Of a stretch of 32,000 nt of DNA, positions 1 to 11,659 are shown in pieces. Under the pieces are notes generated by a model, which had not been told where the DNA came from, ran no database searches, and was given only the letters and a program-made list of their open reading frames with translations. The stretch is taken from NCBI GenBank assembly GCA_000503875.1, contig CP006913.1:270001-302000 (forward strand). Reading direction: 5' to 3'. The translations under genes and the position numbers were made by a program. This DNA comes from Candidatus Saccharimonadota bacterium (lineage in GTDB: Bacteria > Patescibacteriota > Gracilibacteria > Absconditabacterales > Absconditicoccaceae). Each line of letters begins with the position of its first letter. Within the stretch, counting starts at the first letter, position 1.

Positions 1-46
1 TAAAAGAAAATGTAGATAAGACTACGGTTAATAAAATGGAGTACAT
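1..46 (-). CDS. 5' end of an ORF that runs off the window (MYSILLTVVLSTFSF..., hydrophobic/signal-like)
   Basis: ATG at 44-46 (minus strand), 11 nt downstream of the preceding minus-strand stop. Only 15 codons are visible. Confidence 0.25.
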   Translation of the reverse strand, partial: MYSILLTVVLSTFSF

Positions 47-57
47 AAAGCGTTTCA

Positions 58-1065
58 TTATGATTTTTTTGAAGTAAAAGGTTTGATAATGGTAGTAATA
101 AGAAGTACAAGTTCTCTCATTAATGGCAATGCAGGACTACGTCCCCATATCCAAAGCATAACACTATATCTTACCAAAACAAGAAGTACAGTAAGAATAG
201 CTAGTCATGAAATATGTCAGAGGTCTACTTGCCAAAGAAGGATAATAATACAAATCAATAATAATCAATATTGTCGCTGAATGCTTCCAAATTTTTTGAT
301 ATCATAGAGATATTGATATTCGTTTTTTATATTTTCAACTAAGAGTTTCCAATATGGACGATTGTAATTTCCGTGAAAAAGAAACACAATACTTCACCAT
401 ACATATCACCAAATTTCTTCTGGATTTTTGTAAAATAAAGAAGAAACAAATTCTGATATAGATTTGGGTATAATATCGATATTTCCAAGTAAAGTTACTA
501 TTCTTACGAGTATTACTATTCCTATAAATACAGCAAAAAATGGTGTTGGAGCAAGACATGATATACCAAATAAGATCCATAGAATAAGAGATTCTTTTAT
601 TAAGATATCAGGTGTATCAAAACTATGTTTCATATATCGAAGATAAACAGAATATCCAGGTAAATATGCTAAAAAAGAATGTGCTTTATCAAGATTAGTA
701 TATTCAGTGAATTCACTTTTGTTCGACAATGATGTTTTCTTTATTATTTTGATTTCTGTTATTGCTCAAATACATCCAATACCCAAAAGAGCAACCAAAA
801 TACCAACAATAACTTGATAAATTATAGTAAGAATATCTATTGTATAAAAATAAGAAAACAGACCACTCAATAATGCTAATCCTACCAAAATAAGATTGAT
901 CCATCCCAAAGAAATATATCCTTGAACAAAAAGACGATCTTGTTCGTTTAATTCGAGACTGTCTCCCTTAAGTAAATGGGTAATAAACGGAGAAAAAAAC
1001 ATCAAAGAAGCCAGACTTAATTGAATTTTTAATGATTGATTATTTGCTTTTTCCTCAATATTCAT
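58..1065 (-). CDS. polytopic integral membrane protein (~335 aa), immediately downstream of the VirB4-like ATPase
   Basis: Track ORFs 766..1065 and 406..729 are in the same frame and are joined by in-frame TGA codons (766-768, 406-408, 394-396, 265-267 and others). Hand translation continues to TAA at 58-60. It contains several long hydrophobic segments. Confidence 0.6.
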
Positions 1066-1100
1066 AAGATATATATATTCTAAGTGCTAAAAGCTAAGAG

Positions 1101-3140
1101 CTATTTTACATCAGTAGTAATAAATTCTTTCTCTGTTGGAGAAGCCAATACTTTGACCCCTACGTGCTGTTGCCCCGCAAAAATGAGCCCTTCTCCAACT
1201 CCACAAGATACCAACCTTCTTTGCTCTGCCTCAGAGAGTCCAAGCAGATCATTGAGCGCTTTGATAGAAGTGGTAGATTGTTTAAGCAATATTTGAAGAG
1301 ACGAGTTAGAAAGAATAGGTTTTCCATACTTACTTCTTACGAAGTCTTCAATATCTTGAGAGATGGTAGTAATTCCAAGTCCATATTTTCTGGCTCTTTT
1401 GATAAGTCCAAATAAGAATTCTGCAGAAGTTTCATGTTGAAGCATAATCCAGGCTTCATCACAGATAAGTAATCTTTTCTTTTTCTGTGATCTTACTTTG
1501 GTCCAGATAAAGTTCAAAACGTTAAACATCGCAGGTGTTTTTAATACTTCTTCAAGATCTCTAATACTAAAAACGGTCATTGCATTGTTGATATCTACGT
1601 TAGTATAGTTATTGAAAAGTTTTCCAAAGGTTCCAGTAACATATTTACTAAGTTTAAGCGCTATTTTTTCTCCACCATCCATACCATCCAAAACATTCAT
1701 CAAATCTTCCATCAATGGTGGTTGTTTGCCTTCATATGACATAGCTTCCAAAGAAAATCCTTTTAAGCTATAGGTACTTTGAATTGCTTTATCCAGAAGA
1801 GCTTCTTCTTCAGTACTTAAATCTCCAATCAATAATTTCACTAATCCAATAAGTGCCATAATCTGACTTCTCAAAAGATCTCCTTTCCCGTAATCAACAT
1901 CACTAATTTGTGGAGGAATATCAAATGGATTAATAAATTGTTGTGAACTTGTAGCAATATTTACATAGGTACCACCTACTTTTTGAGCAAGCGTTTTGTA
2001 TTCATTTTCAGGATCGATAATGATAATATCAATTCCATTGAGCAAATATCTAAGTACTTCAAGTTTAACAGTAAATGATTTTCCGGCTCCAGATGTCGCT
2101 AGTACACAACTGTTCATATTTGGAAGTTTGGAATTGAATCTATCGAAAATCACTAATCATCCTGTATGTTGATTAACTCCATATAGGATTCCTGTTTCAC
2201 TAATCATATCATTGGAAATAAAGGGAAAACTTCCCGCCAATGACGAAGTAACACTACTTCTCGTAATCCCTAGATCATCGATACACAAAGGAAGTGTACT
2301 GGTAAATCCTTCATCCATTCTTTGAGTAGCATTTTTCATTCTGATTCCATATCAAGAAATTTTTTGTTCAAGTTTCTTACCTTCTTCCTTGAGTTTATCT
2401 TCACTTTCTTCGTAAACATTCATATAATATCCTGTTTCAAAATATCTTTCTTCACGAGTTGTTAACTTTTCTCTAATCATTTCTACATCCTTGTATTGTT
2501 GTTCAACTTCAGTATCCAACGTGATTCCTTTTGACATAGCATCTTTAATTTCTGCTTTAAGTTGAGTTGCTCTAGTTTTGAGCATAGATTGGATTGCGGC
2601 ATCATCTTCTGGATAAATAAACCAGCTCATATCCCATTTTGCATGAAAACTCAAAATATCTCTTGTCCATAGAGCATCTATGTATGAAGGATAACTTTGA
2701 ACATAATAACTTTTTCCCAAAAGCCCAGAAGTATTGAAATGATTTGGCTTATGTTCCCAAAATGAAGGTGCTATGTGTGATTTATAATCATTGATGACAG
2801 AAATATATTGTTTTTCTACTTCAACGATATATTGTCTAAGTTTGCTAGTAAGCTTGCTATCGCTATATTGATCATCAGGTAATTCCAAAAGATATTTGAT
2901 TTGTTCTTTGAGATCTTTGTCTTTGATCATACTATTTTCTGGTATAACAGCTCATGGAGTACCATCTTTCTTTGGGGTTGCAGCACTAGGAAAAAGTGTT
3001 CAGAACAAACTATCAAAAATTCATCAAACACCTCCAGTTTTTTTTGGAGCATCTATTTGAAGAATATAGTTTGGCTTTCCTCAATTGGGAAGCTGTTGGC
3101 TATAATTAGTATCAAAAATAACGTCTTGAATAGTATTCAT
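1101..3140 (-). CDS. VirB4/TraC-like type IV secretion or conjugation AAA ATPase (~679 aa)
   Basis: Track ORFs 1101..2153, 2157..2339 and 2352..2930 share one frame and are joined by TGA at 2157-2159 and 2352-2354. The frame continues upstream through further TGAs to ATG at 3138-3140. Walker A is 'ATSGAGKSF', followed by 'IIIIDPENEY' and the Walker B-like 'RLLICDEAW', a layout typical of VirB4/DUF87 ATPases. Stop is TAG at 1101-1103. Confidence 0.75.
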
Positions 3141-3286
3141 AGTAGTACAAAAGGATATATAAAAGTACTCCTTTTAAGTATATCCAAAAACACAAAAGAA
3201 CAAAACTGTTGAGGCTTTTCTTATAACTTTGGTTTGACTTTGTTGTGTATTTATATATAAAATAGGAAACCTAAAAAAAACAATAT

Positions 3287-3616
3287 ATGAACGTATACGT
3301 AATTGAAGGTGGAATACCTATTTCACCACTATGTTGGAAACCAGCAACAGCTTCATGTTTAGATCTTCATTATTCAGATATCAAAGAAAATGAACTTCTC
3401 AAGCTTGGAAGGATCGTTGTAGAGTCAACAGAAAAAAAAGTGAAGTTTTTTAAAGTTATTGATGGGAAAATAAAAAGTTTTCTCATAGAAAAGGTGTTCT
3501 TTTCAGCCGAAAGTTGTATTGAATGCTATATTAGCAAAGCTTTGGAAAACTATGGAAAAATTGATTGTGTTACCGTTCCTGTTCGTATTCCGGAACAGGC
3601 AGCCGCTATGTCCTAA
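3287..3616 (+). CDS. hypothetical protein (109 aa)
   Basis: Intact ATG..TAA ORF with no internal TGA, followed by a hairpin and T-run. No recognisable motif. Confidence 0.45.
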   Translation: MNVYVIEGGIPISPLCWKPATASCLDLHYSDIKENELLKLGRIVVESTEKKVKFFKVIDGKIKSFLIEKVFFSAESCIECYISKALENYGKIDCVTVPVRIPEQAAAMS

Positions 3617-3632
3617 TTACTAACTATTATTG

Positions 3633-3670
3633 CCCAGATCACCGTTTTCGGTAGGTCTGGGATTTTTTTT
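3633..3670 (+). terminator. rho-independent terminator-like hairpin
   Basis: 'cccaga' (3633-3638) pairs with 'tctggg' (3656-3661), with partial extension of the stem. It is followed by an 8-T run at 3663-3670. Confidence 0.55.
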
Positions 3671-4733
3671 ATACAATACTATCAGCTTTCCAATCTACTT
3701 TAAAATTTTTTCCGGTGAGATTGAGCTTGGTAAAAACTATATCCATAAAATTTTTCAAATCTTTGCCTTTGAGGATAATATTATATCTATATTTCCCAAA
3801 AATTTTATAAATCAATGGAGGCGTAGAATAAATTTCCAAATCATGAAATTGATATTTTTCTTTGAGGTAGAGGAGTTCCTTGTGGAGTTTATCTACCTTG
3901 GTGAACACCTTTTCCTCTACCTCGTTTTTGTAAAGAAGGACACAGAGGTCAGCGAATGGTGGATAATTATGGGCTTTTCTAAATTCATTTTCTTCTTTCC
4001 AAAAACCCTCTTCATCGAGTTTACAGGCTTGACGAATACTATATTGTTCAGGATTAAACGTTTGTACGACAAACTGAGCGTTGTCATGATGCAAAAACGT
4101 GTGATAAAGCAGATTAAAATTCTTCTCTCCAACATTATAATCAGGGATATTTAGTCCCATATCGGCATTAAAAAATACCACGAGATCAAGTGGATATGAT
4201 GGAATAGCTGTACTGAGAAGCGATGTTCCAATCAAAATAGGATATTCTCATTTATACTGATGAAGCTCTTCCATAATTTTCTTGATCTTATTTGTGGAAT
4301 TAGCTTTTTCTGATTCAATAATCAACGATTTGGCTCCAAATTCTTGTTGCAAATATTCAGCAACTTTTTGAGTTCCCATCCCGTATCATTTAATATTGTG
4401 TCCATGACAGTGAGCACAACTCTCCTGCACATTATATTGGGCCTTGCAAATATGACAGAGTCAAATCTGATCTCCGCTTTCCAGTTTATGATAACTGATG
4501 CTGACAGAACATTTCGTACACTGTGGTACAAATCAGCAATCGCGACAGATCATCCCACTAGAAAATCATTTCTTATCCACAATGATCCCGATTCTTTTGC
4601 CTTGTCTCAGATATTTTCCAATTCCTCTTTGCGCCAAAGTCGAGAAAAAATGCTCAACTTCTTGAGTCATATCTACGAGGAAAATATTTTTTTCCTTATC
4701 ATTGATCGTATGAGAGAATTGTTCGTAGTTCAT
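3669..4733 (-). CDS. priA: PriA-like primosomal protein, C-terminal half only (~354 aa): Cys-rich Zn region, helicase lobe 2 and C-terminal domain
   Basis: Hand translation starts 'MNYEQFSHTINDKEKNIFLVDMTQE...'. It continues with 'ICRDCGFVPQCTKCSVSISYH...LCHICKAQYNVQESCAHCHG...GYGMGTQKV...ILIGTSLL...LVVFFNADMGLNIPDY...YPPFADL...', which matches the PriA architecture downstream of helicase lobe 1. Track ORF 3669..4235 extends upstream through TGA codons to ATG at 4731-4733, and an in-frame TAA lies just upstream at 4755-4757. Confidence 0.7.
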
Positions 4734-4861
4734 AGAATGTATCCTAAGAATTTCTTAGGAGTTTTCAATAAAATAAGACGCCGAAATTTCCCAAGAAATT
4801 TAACGTCGTTTTTATCCAGCTTAGCTGAATAGGAATTTTTGAAATTCCTATATGATAAAGA

Positions 4862-4890
4862 AAAACGCTCAGAGATACAGAGAGCGTTTT
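4862..4890 (-). terminator. rho-independent terminator after the 4906..5316 gene
   Basis: Perfect 9-bp stem: 'aaaacgctc' (4862-4870) pairs with 'gagcgtttt' (4882-4890), with an 11-nt loop. On the minus strand a T-rich tract follows. Confidence 0.7.
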
Positions 4891-4905
4891 AATAGATGCG
4901 TACTT

Positions 4906-5316
4906 TTAGATCAGTCTTAATGTAAAATTTTGTTCCATCGGTTTATACGGCAGGGCATTGCATGTTTTTGTTGTTTCTTCCCAGGTCTGTATAGTTTGTC
5001 TAGGAATAACAACAGGAATTCTTAACTCATTGTTGTTGAGGAGAACATAATAATCTTCTCCTTTTAAAATCAAAAAGGTATTACCAATATTGTCGATGCC
5101 AAATATGGTGTTTTCAACCATAAATGTTTTGGTTTCCAATATCTCTCGTAAGTCTTTAATAAGATAAGAAGTTAATACTCTTAGTTCGGCATTCTTACAA
5201 AAGAATCTGATTTTCTTCTGTTTTTTTGTTATTTGATTAATGTGATTTTTATCACCACAAATAGTTACGACGAATAATTCGTCTTTTAATTTTAGGGTTA
5301 CTTTTTTTGTTTCCAT
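4906..5316 (-). CDS. hypothetical protein (136 aa)
   Basis: Intact ATG..TAA ORF on the minus strand with a terminator downstream. No recognisable motif. Confidence 0.5.
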   Translation of the reverse strand: METKKVTLKLKDELFVVTICGDKNHINQITKKQKKIRFFCKNAELRVLTSYLIKDLREILETKTFMVENTIFGIDNIGNTFLILKGEDYYVLLNNNELRIPVVIPRQTIQTWEETTKTCNALPYKPMEQNFTLRLI

Positions 5317-5424
5317 AATTTTAGGGTTTTTTAGTTTTTTTTGTTTTACGTCGAATAGTTTATAGAAAAGTTAAGAAAAATGTCAAATACATTATCTGAA
5401 ATAAAAGATACACTCGTCAGCGCC

Positions 5425-6486
5425 ATTAAAAAGCTTCTTCTTTCTCCATTCTTTGGGAATTTGTTGTTCGCATTCCTTGTATGACGTGATAAATCAGCCT
5501 CCTATGCTATTTTGGATATGACTGATCAAATGGGTATAAATTTGTCCTAAGTCAATTCCTGTAAGTCTTTTTCCATACGGCGGATTGGAAACGATGGTAA
5601 GTTTTTCAAGGTCATAAGGAAGGAGGGGACTTAGAATATCATATTGGCTAAAAGTTATAGTATCAGCAACACCAGCTTTTTCTGCGTTAGCTGTAGCTAT
5701 TGCGAGCATTTTTTCATCACTATCAGAGCCATAAATCTGGTATGTTTTGGTGGTAAATTGTTTTTTTGTCGCTTCATTTTTTATCTCATCGAACATTGCC
5801 ATATCAATGGTTTTCCACTGTTGGAAGGCAAAACTTCTCCCAAGTCCTGGTGCGATATTTCTCGCAAGCAGGGCAGCTTCTATTGCCAGGGTTCACGAGC
5901 CGCAAAACGGATCCCAAAAGGGATTCCCAAATTTCCAGGTGCTCAGAACCACCAGTGCGGCTGCTAGATTTTCTTTCAAGGGCGCATCACCCGTCTGGAT
6001 TCTATATCCTCTCTGATGCAAAGGAGCTCATGAACTATTGATAAATATTGAGGCACGATTATCGATAATCATCACAAAAATATCTAAGGTCTCTTTTTTA
6101 GGGTCCATAGGCCAGGTTCCTGTGGGTGAAATTTGTTTATAGACGGCTTTATTGGTTATAGCCTGGATCGTTCTAGTACTTTCAAGTTTTGATCATTTGC
6201 TATGTACGGTTACTACAATATTTTGTCCTTCATTGACATAGTTTTTCCAATCCACAGTTTGCACCAAAGCAAACAATGCATCAAAATCAAAACATGGTCA
6301 AAAAGCAGCCTCCAAATAGACTTTATTTGCAATTCTGCTCCAAAGGTTTATACGCATCATATCGCGAAATTCTCCATCGACATAGACTCAAGTTTCAAAT
6401 CCATGATGAGGCGTAAGCCCAAGATATTGGAGTTCATTATTTACTAATTTACTCAGTCCAAAGGGACAACTTACAAGGAAACGCAT
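5425..6486 (-). CDS. THUMP-domain class I SAM-dependent RNA methyltransferase (COG0116, RlmL/YpsC-like), ~353 aa
   Basis: Starts '[20 protein letters not shown]...' and contains 'INLWSRIA', '[12 protein letters not shown]', motif I 'DPFCGS[TGA]TLAIEAA' and motif IV 'SNPPYGKR'. Track ORF 5494..5802 is only the C-terminal piece. The gene reads through TGA at 5494-5496 to TAA at 5425-5427. Confidence 0.8.
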
Positions 6487-6572
6487 AATGTAGTCAAAAG
6501 GTATAAAGTCATAAAATCATGTATGCTGATTTGGTTGTTCTTTTCAATATTAGAATCATATAAAAATAGAGA

Positions 6573-6600
6573 TTGACTTTTTATATTAAATATGTATAAT
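6573..6600 (+). promoter_or_regulatory. sigma-70-like promoter (TTGACT, 16-nt spacer, TATAAT)
   Basis: TTGACT at 6573-6578 and TATAAT at 6595-6600, 17 nt upstream of the ATG at 6618. Confidence 0.5.
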
Positions 6601-6617
6601 AAAAAAACAAAAATATA

Positions 6618-6998
6618 ATGAATAATAATATGGAAAATCAAGAAAACAAAATAAAACAGGGAATCTATGATTCTCTATTGGAAAAAAAGGAAGGTGTGAT
6701 AAGAGGTAAACGTATTAATTATGTTATGGTTGGGGTTGTTATACTAGTAGCTATTGATGCTGTATTATTAAGCTTATCATTACTGTTTCTTGGTATTTTG
6801 TGTCTCATTTTAATTTCATTTATTATCTTTTTTATTAATCGTGTTCCTTTGGGCAAAATCTCCGAACCAACCCAAGAAGAAATTAAGTTGGGAGCTAAAA
6901 ATGTTTTGGAAGTTCGTGTGAAAGAACTTCAAGAACGCAAAAGATTAATTTCTGAATGTGAAGCAGAGATTGAGGCTTTGAAAAAACTTATAAATTAG
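6618..6998 (+). CDS. small membrane protein with a C-terminal coiled-coil (126 aa)
   Basis: Intact ORF ending in TAG. It has a central hydrophobic stretch ('VMVGVVILVAIDAVLLSLSLLFLGILCLILISFIIFFI') and a charged helical tail. A promoter lies upstream and a terminator downstream. Confidence 0.5.
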   Translation: MNNNMENQENKIKQGIYDSLLEKKEGVIRGKRINYVMVGVVILVAIDAVLLSLSLLFLGILCLILISFIIFFINRVPLGKISEPTQEEIKLGAKNVLEVRVKELQERKRLISECEAEIEALKKLIN

Positions 6999-7009
6999 AA
7001 TTTTGGATT

Positions 7010-7046
7010 AAGCCATTGTTGTAACGCAACGATGGCTTTTGTTTTA
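7010..7046 (+). terminator. rho-independent terminator
   Basis: 'aagccattgttg' (7010-7021) pairs with 'caacgatggctt' (7027-7038) with one mismatch. A T-rich tract follows. Confidence 0.65.
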
Positions 7047-7104
7047 TTGAAAAATCATTACATTTCCCTATACACTCTATACAATTTACTGCTATTTCTT
7101 TTTT

Positions 7105-7791
7105 ATGCCACGTAGAAAACTTGTCAGATTCCAAGATAATACCAAAGATTCCCTTGTTATCCAACCAGGAAAATCAGAGTTTGAAACCGTTAGAAAAAAT
7201 TGGTCGACATTTTTTTGAAATAAAAATCCTCTAGTACTTGAATTAGCCTGTGGAAAAGGGGAGTACACGGTTGGGCTAGCCCCTCATTTTCCTGACAGAA
7301 ATTTCGTCGGTGTAGATATCAAAGGAAACAGACTTCGATACGGAGCCCAAGAAGCCAAAGATCTTTGACTGAAGAATGTAGGTTTTATACGCTGAATTAT
7401 TCAGAATATTCATGAGTTCTTTGATCCTCATACCATAGAAGAAATTTGGATTATTCATCCAGATCCAAGACCAAGAAATTCAGATACTCGCAGAAGATTA
7501 ACCTGTCCACGTTTTTTGATGATGTATGAAAAATTGCTTGTTCCATGAGGCTTGCTCAAACTCAAAACAGATGATGTTGATTTATTTACTTATTCTGTAG
7601 AAACGCTCAAAAACGAATGACGAACTATTCTGGACCAAACAGATGATCTCTATAACGACAGTTTATTAGCGGATCATTTCGATATCAAAACGCATTATGA
7701 ACAAAAATTTCATCAGCAATGAAGAACTATTCATTATCTCAAAGCAATAAAAAACAGCTTGACTTTTAATAGCCAAAACAGTATATATTAG
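7105..7791 (+). CDS. trmB: tRNA (guanine-N7)-methyltransferase
   Basis: Sequence reads '[12 protein letters not shown]...WSTFF[TGA][16 protein letters not shown]...GVDIKGNRL[CGA]YGA...IHPDPRPR...RRRLT...LKLKTDD...'. No ORF appears in the track because of repeated in-frame TGA. Stop is TAG at 7789-7791. Confidence 0.8.
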
Positions 7792-7860
7792 CAGTCGCCA
7801 TAATTCTAGTTTTTTTTTCAATAATAGTTACTTTGTTCATAGGCGAAAATTTTAGGGTAA

Positions 7861-7892
7861 AAAGGAGGGTTGTTTTAACCCTCCTTTTTTTG
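7861..7892 (+). terminator. rho-independent terminator after trmB
   Basis: 'aggagggtt' (7863-7871) pairs with 'aaccctcct' (7877-7885), followed by a 7-T run. Confidence 0.75.
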
Positions 7893-7896
7893 AAAT

Positions 7897-7925
7897 AAAA
7901 AAACCACAGATATGTGGCTTTTTTC
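7897..7925 (-). terminator. short hairpin flanked by an A-run and a T-run; terminator of the atp operon (bidirectional design)
   Basis: The sequence is 'aaaaaaaccacagatatgtggctttttt'. 'ccaca' pairs with 'tgtgg'. It lies 20 nt after the atpD stop on the minus strand. Confidence 0.5.
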
Positions 7926-7944
7926 TTATTGTGTGTAGTAAAAA

Positions 7945-9327
<1,383 letters not shown>

Positions 9328-9337
9328 GGGAAGTAAG

Positions 9338-9384
9338 TAATAAATTAAATATTTTTTTATAGTGATCAACTAACAATTTCTGAT
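9338..9384. repeat. 47-bp direct repeat, copy A (non-coding duplicate of the atpG 3' end plus downstream sequence)
   Basis: Identical base for base to 10738-10784: 'taataaattaaatatttttttatagtgatcaactaacaatttctgat'. Flanking bases differ on both sides. The offset is exactly 1400 bp. Confidence 0.9.
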
Positions 9385-9398
9385 TATAATTGTTCTGA

Positions 9399-10727
9399 TT
9401 AATATGTTTGCGCACCTCACCATTCAATTGCTGAGAATCATGTTCTTGTGAATGATTGTAATTTTTGTTCTGGTATAGAAATAGGTTTATCTAGTCATTT
9501 GAATACCATAAATATTCTTTGTATACTATCTGGTTTTGGTATTATTGTTAGTTGAGCTTGGTCTGTATAGTCTTTTCCAGCGAATCTAATTGCAGCATAT
9601 GGATGCTGATTCATAAGTGGTAATCGATATACAATAAATTCATTATATTCATTAGGTGTTAAACCTAAATATGTAAGTTTTTCTTTGAGAAATGATGTAT
9701 AGTTCTTTTTTTCAATAACAAATCATTCATTTATACTCCATGGTTTCATTTTTTTTGCTTCCCAAAATATATATGAATATTTATTATCATCAGCTTTATT
9801 TATTAGTTCTCCATCTGGATTTGCAATTACATTTCGTGTATTGTTTTCTCAAATTTCAGGATATGTTGTGGAAAAAATTCATTTAAGATTTATTTTTACA
9901 CTTACTGCTGTAGGTTTTGTTGGATAGAGATATATTACAGGTTTTTCACCATAACCATCAGCTGTTTCGAATGTCGATAATAATGAACTACTTATAGATT
10001 TGATTTTTCAATCAACAATTTGTTTTGTTATTCAATATGTTTCATTATGTACCATATCTCATAAATATGATGTAATAATTACTCCAAAATAGTATGTGTT
10101 ATTTCATTTGTATGTATATTTATATTTCACTTCTCATCTTTCTGTTCATATCCAATTCCAGTATCCTGAATATGTTTTTGAATATCGGTTTGCATCTCTT
10201 TTTGATCCTGTTGTTAAAGAGAGAGCATAATCATATTTTTTATCATTAACTGCTCAATAATATTCATTTATTAGATCAATATTTTTGATATGATTAATTA
10301 CTTCTTGATCACTTAATTTCATATCTTGTAGAACTTTATTCATAAGCTCTGTATTTCCAAAAACACTATTATCATTATTATAATAATGATTTTTATAATC
10401 CCATACATTATAATAATAAATAGAAATTAATCTGGCTACATTTTTACTAACTCATCAGAAAAAGTTATTATAGTCTATACATCCTGCACCATCACATTCC
10501 AAGTTGGTATCAATTGTTGGTTTTGTATCTGTTTCTGCAGGAACAGACTTACTTTCCATAGTTTCTGTTGTATTTATTCCTTCAAGGGGTATTGAAGTAA
10601 TTGCTGGTATACCTACTAATTCTGGAGAATTATTTATTGCTGTATTATCAATTATTGGTTGTTTTTCTTGTACAGAACATCCAGTTAGAACTAACAATGG
10701 TATTATAGCAAATAAAATCTTTTTCAT
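9399..10727 (-). CDS. lipoprotein of unknown function (442 aa), inserted between atpG and atpD
   Basis: Track ORF 10455..10727 gives the signal peptide plus lipobox ('MKKILFAIIPLLVLTGC'). My hand translation continues in frame through about 15 TGA codons to TAA at 9399-9401. No standard-code ORF of 60 aa or more exists there, as expected for a TGA-rich gene. Confidence 0.65.
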
Positions 10728-10737
10728 TTGAGCAGAT

Positions 10738-10784
10738 TAATAAATTAAATATTTTTTTATAGTGATCAACTAACAATTTCTGAT
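10738..10784. repeat. 47-bp direct repeat, copy B (overlaps the last 9 codons and stop of atpG)
   Basis: Identical to 9338-9384. It covers the atpG 3' end (10757-10784) and the 19 nt downstream. Confidence 0.9.
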
Positions 10785-11659
10785 ATTTCTTGGGTAATTT
10801 TTTGTTGACGAGTTTTATTATACACGGTCTGTAATCCACTTACGATTTCACCACAATTATCTTTGGCATTTTTCATAGCGAGCATTCTTGAAGCTTGTTC
10901 TGATGTCTTATTATTCAATACCGCGTAATAAACGATATGATGCACAATATCTTCAATTAATGATTTTGCATATGTTTTTGGATCTGGTTCTAGTAATAGA
11001 TTGTTATTTGGTACCAAAGCAATATTATCTAACTTTTTATCTATATTTTCCAAGAACGCATCGAAACTTTCTTGATCAAGTGGATAGAGTTTAAATCTCA
11101 AAGGCACCTGCATTACTACATTCTTGAAGTAGTTGAAATAGATTTTGATCTTGGCATAACGATTTTCTTTGATTGCTTGTTTGATATAGACGAAGACGCT
11201 ATTCAAATCATTTTCTACAAAGTTGTCTTTGATATGACAGGTTCCTACGACATTCCATCCTGCTCCCACAAAAAAATCTAATCATTTTTTTCCGATAACA
11301 AAGATATCTACGTTTTCTTTTGCTTCTTTGATAGTTCCATATTTCTCTTGAAGATGCTTAATAAGTTTGCTATTGAGTGATCCACATAATCATTTATCCG
11401 TAGTTACCAAAATAATCAATCTTCTTCCAAAACTATTCTTTGTATCTTTGTTTGTTTGGTTATTTTCATCGAAAATATCTATATGATCTTTGATGGCATA
11501 TAAAACCCCCAAAAACTGCTTCATAAACCCTCTAAAATTGAGTGTTCTCTGTTTTAGTTTTTGTAATTTAACGGTAGAAACTATCTCCAAAGCCTTAATG
11601 ATCTTTTGAAGATTATGTACTGATTTTATTTTGGTCTTGATAAGCTTCGTATTAGCCAT
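10757..11659 (-). CDS. atpG: F1 ATP synthase gamma subunit (300 aa)
   Basis: 'MANTKLIKTKIKSVHNLQKIIKALEIVSTVKL...' continues through TGA at 11390-11392 into track ORF 10766..11269. It ends '...YNKTRQQKITQEISEIVS[TGA]SL' with TAA at 10757-10759. Confidence 0.9.

Noticed and set aside
4322-4832. Track ORFs 4322..4531 (-) and 4344..4832 (+) considered as separate genes.
   Set aside because: They are an off-frame and an antisense reading of the PriA-like gene. The correct frame gives the 'CRDCG...CTKC...CHIC...CAHC' zinc-binding region.
9385-10737. Calling the insertion between the 47-bp repeats an IS element or transposon.
   Set aside because: It has no transposase or integrase ORF and no terminal inverted repeats, and the duplication is far longer than typical target-site duplications. 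It is reported as an insertion of unknown mechanism instead.
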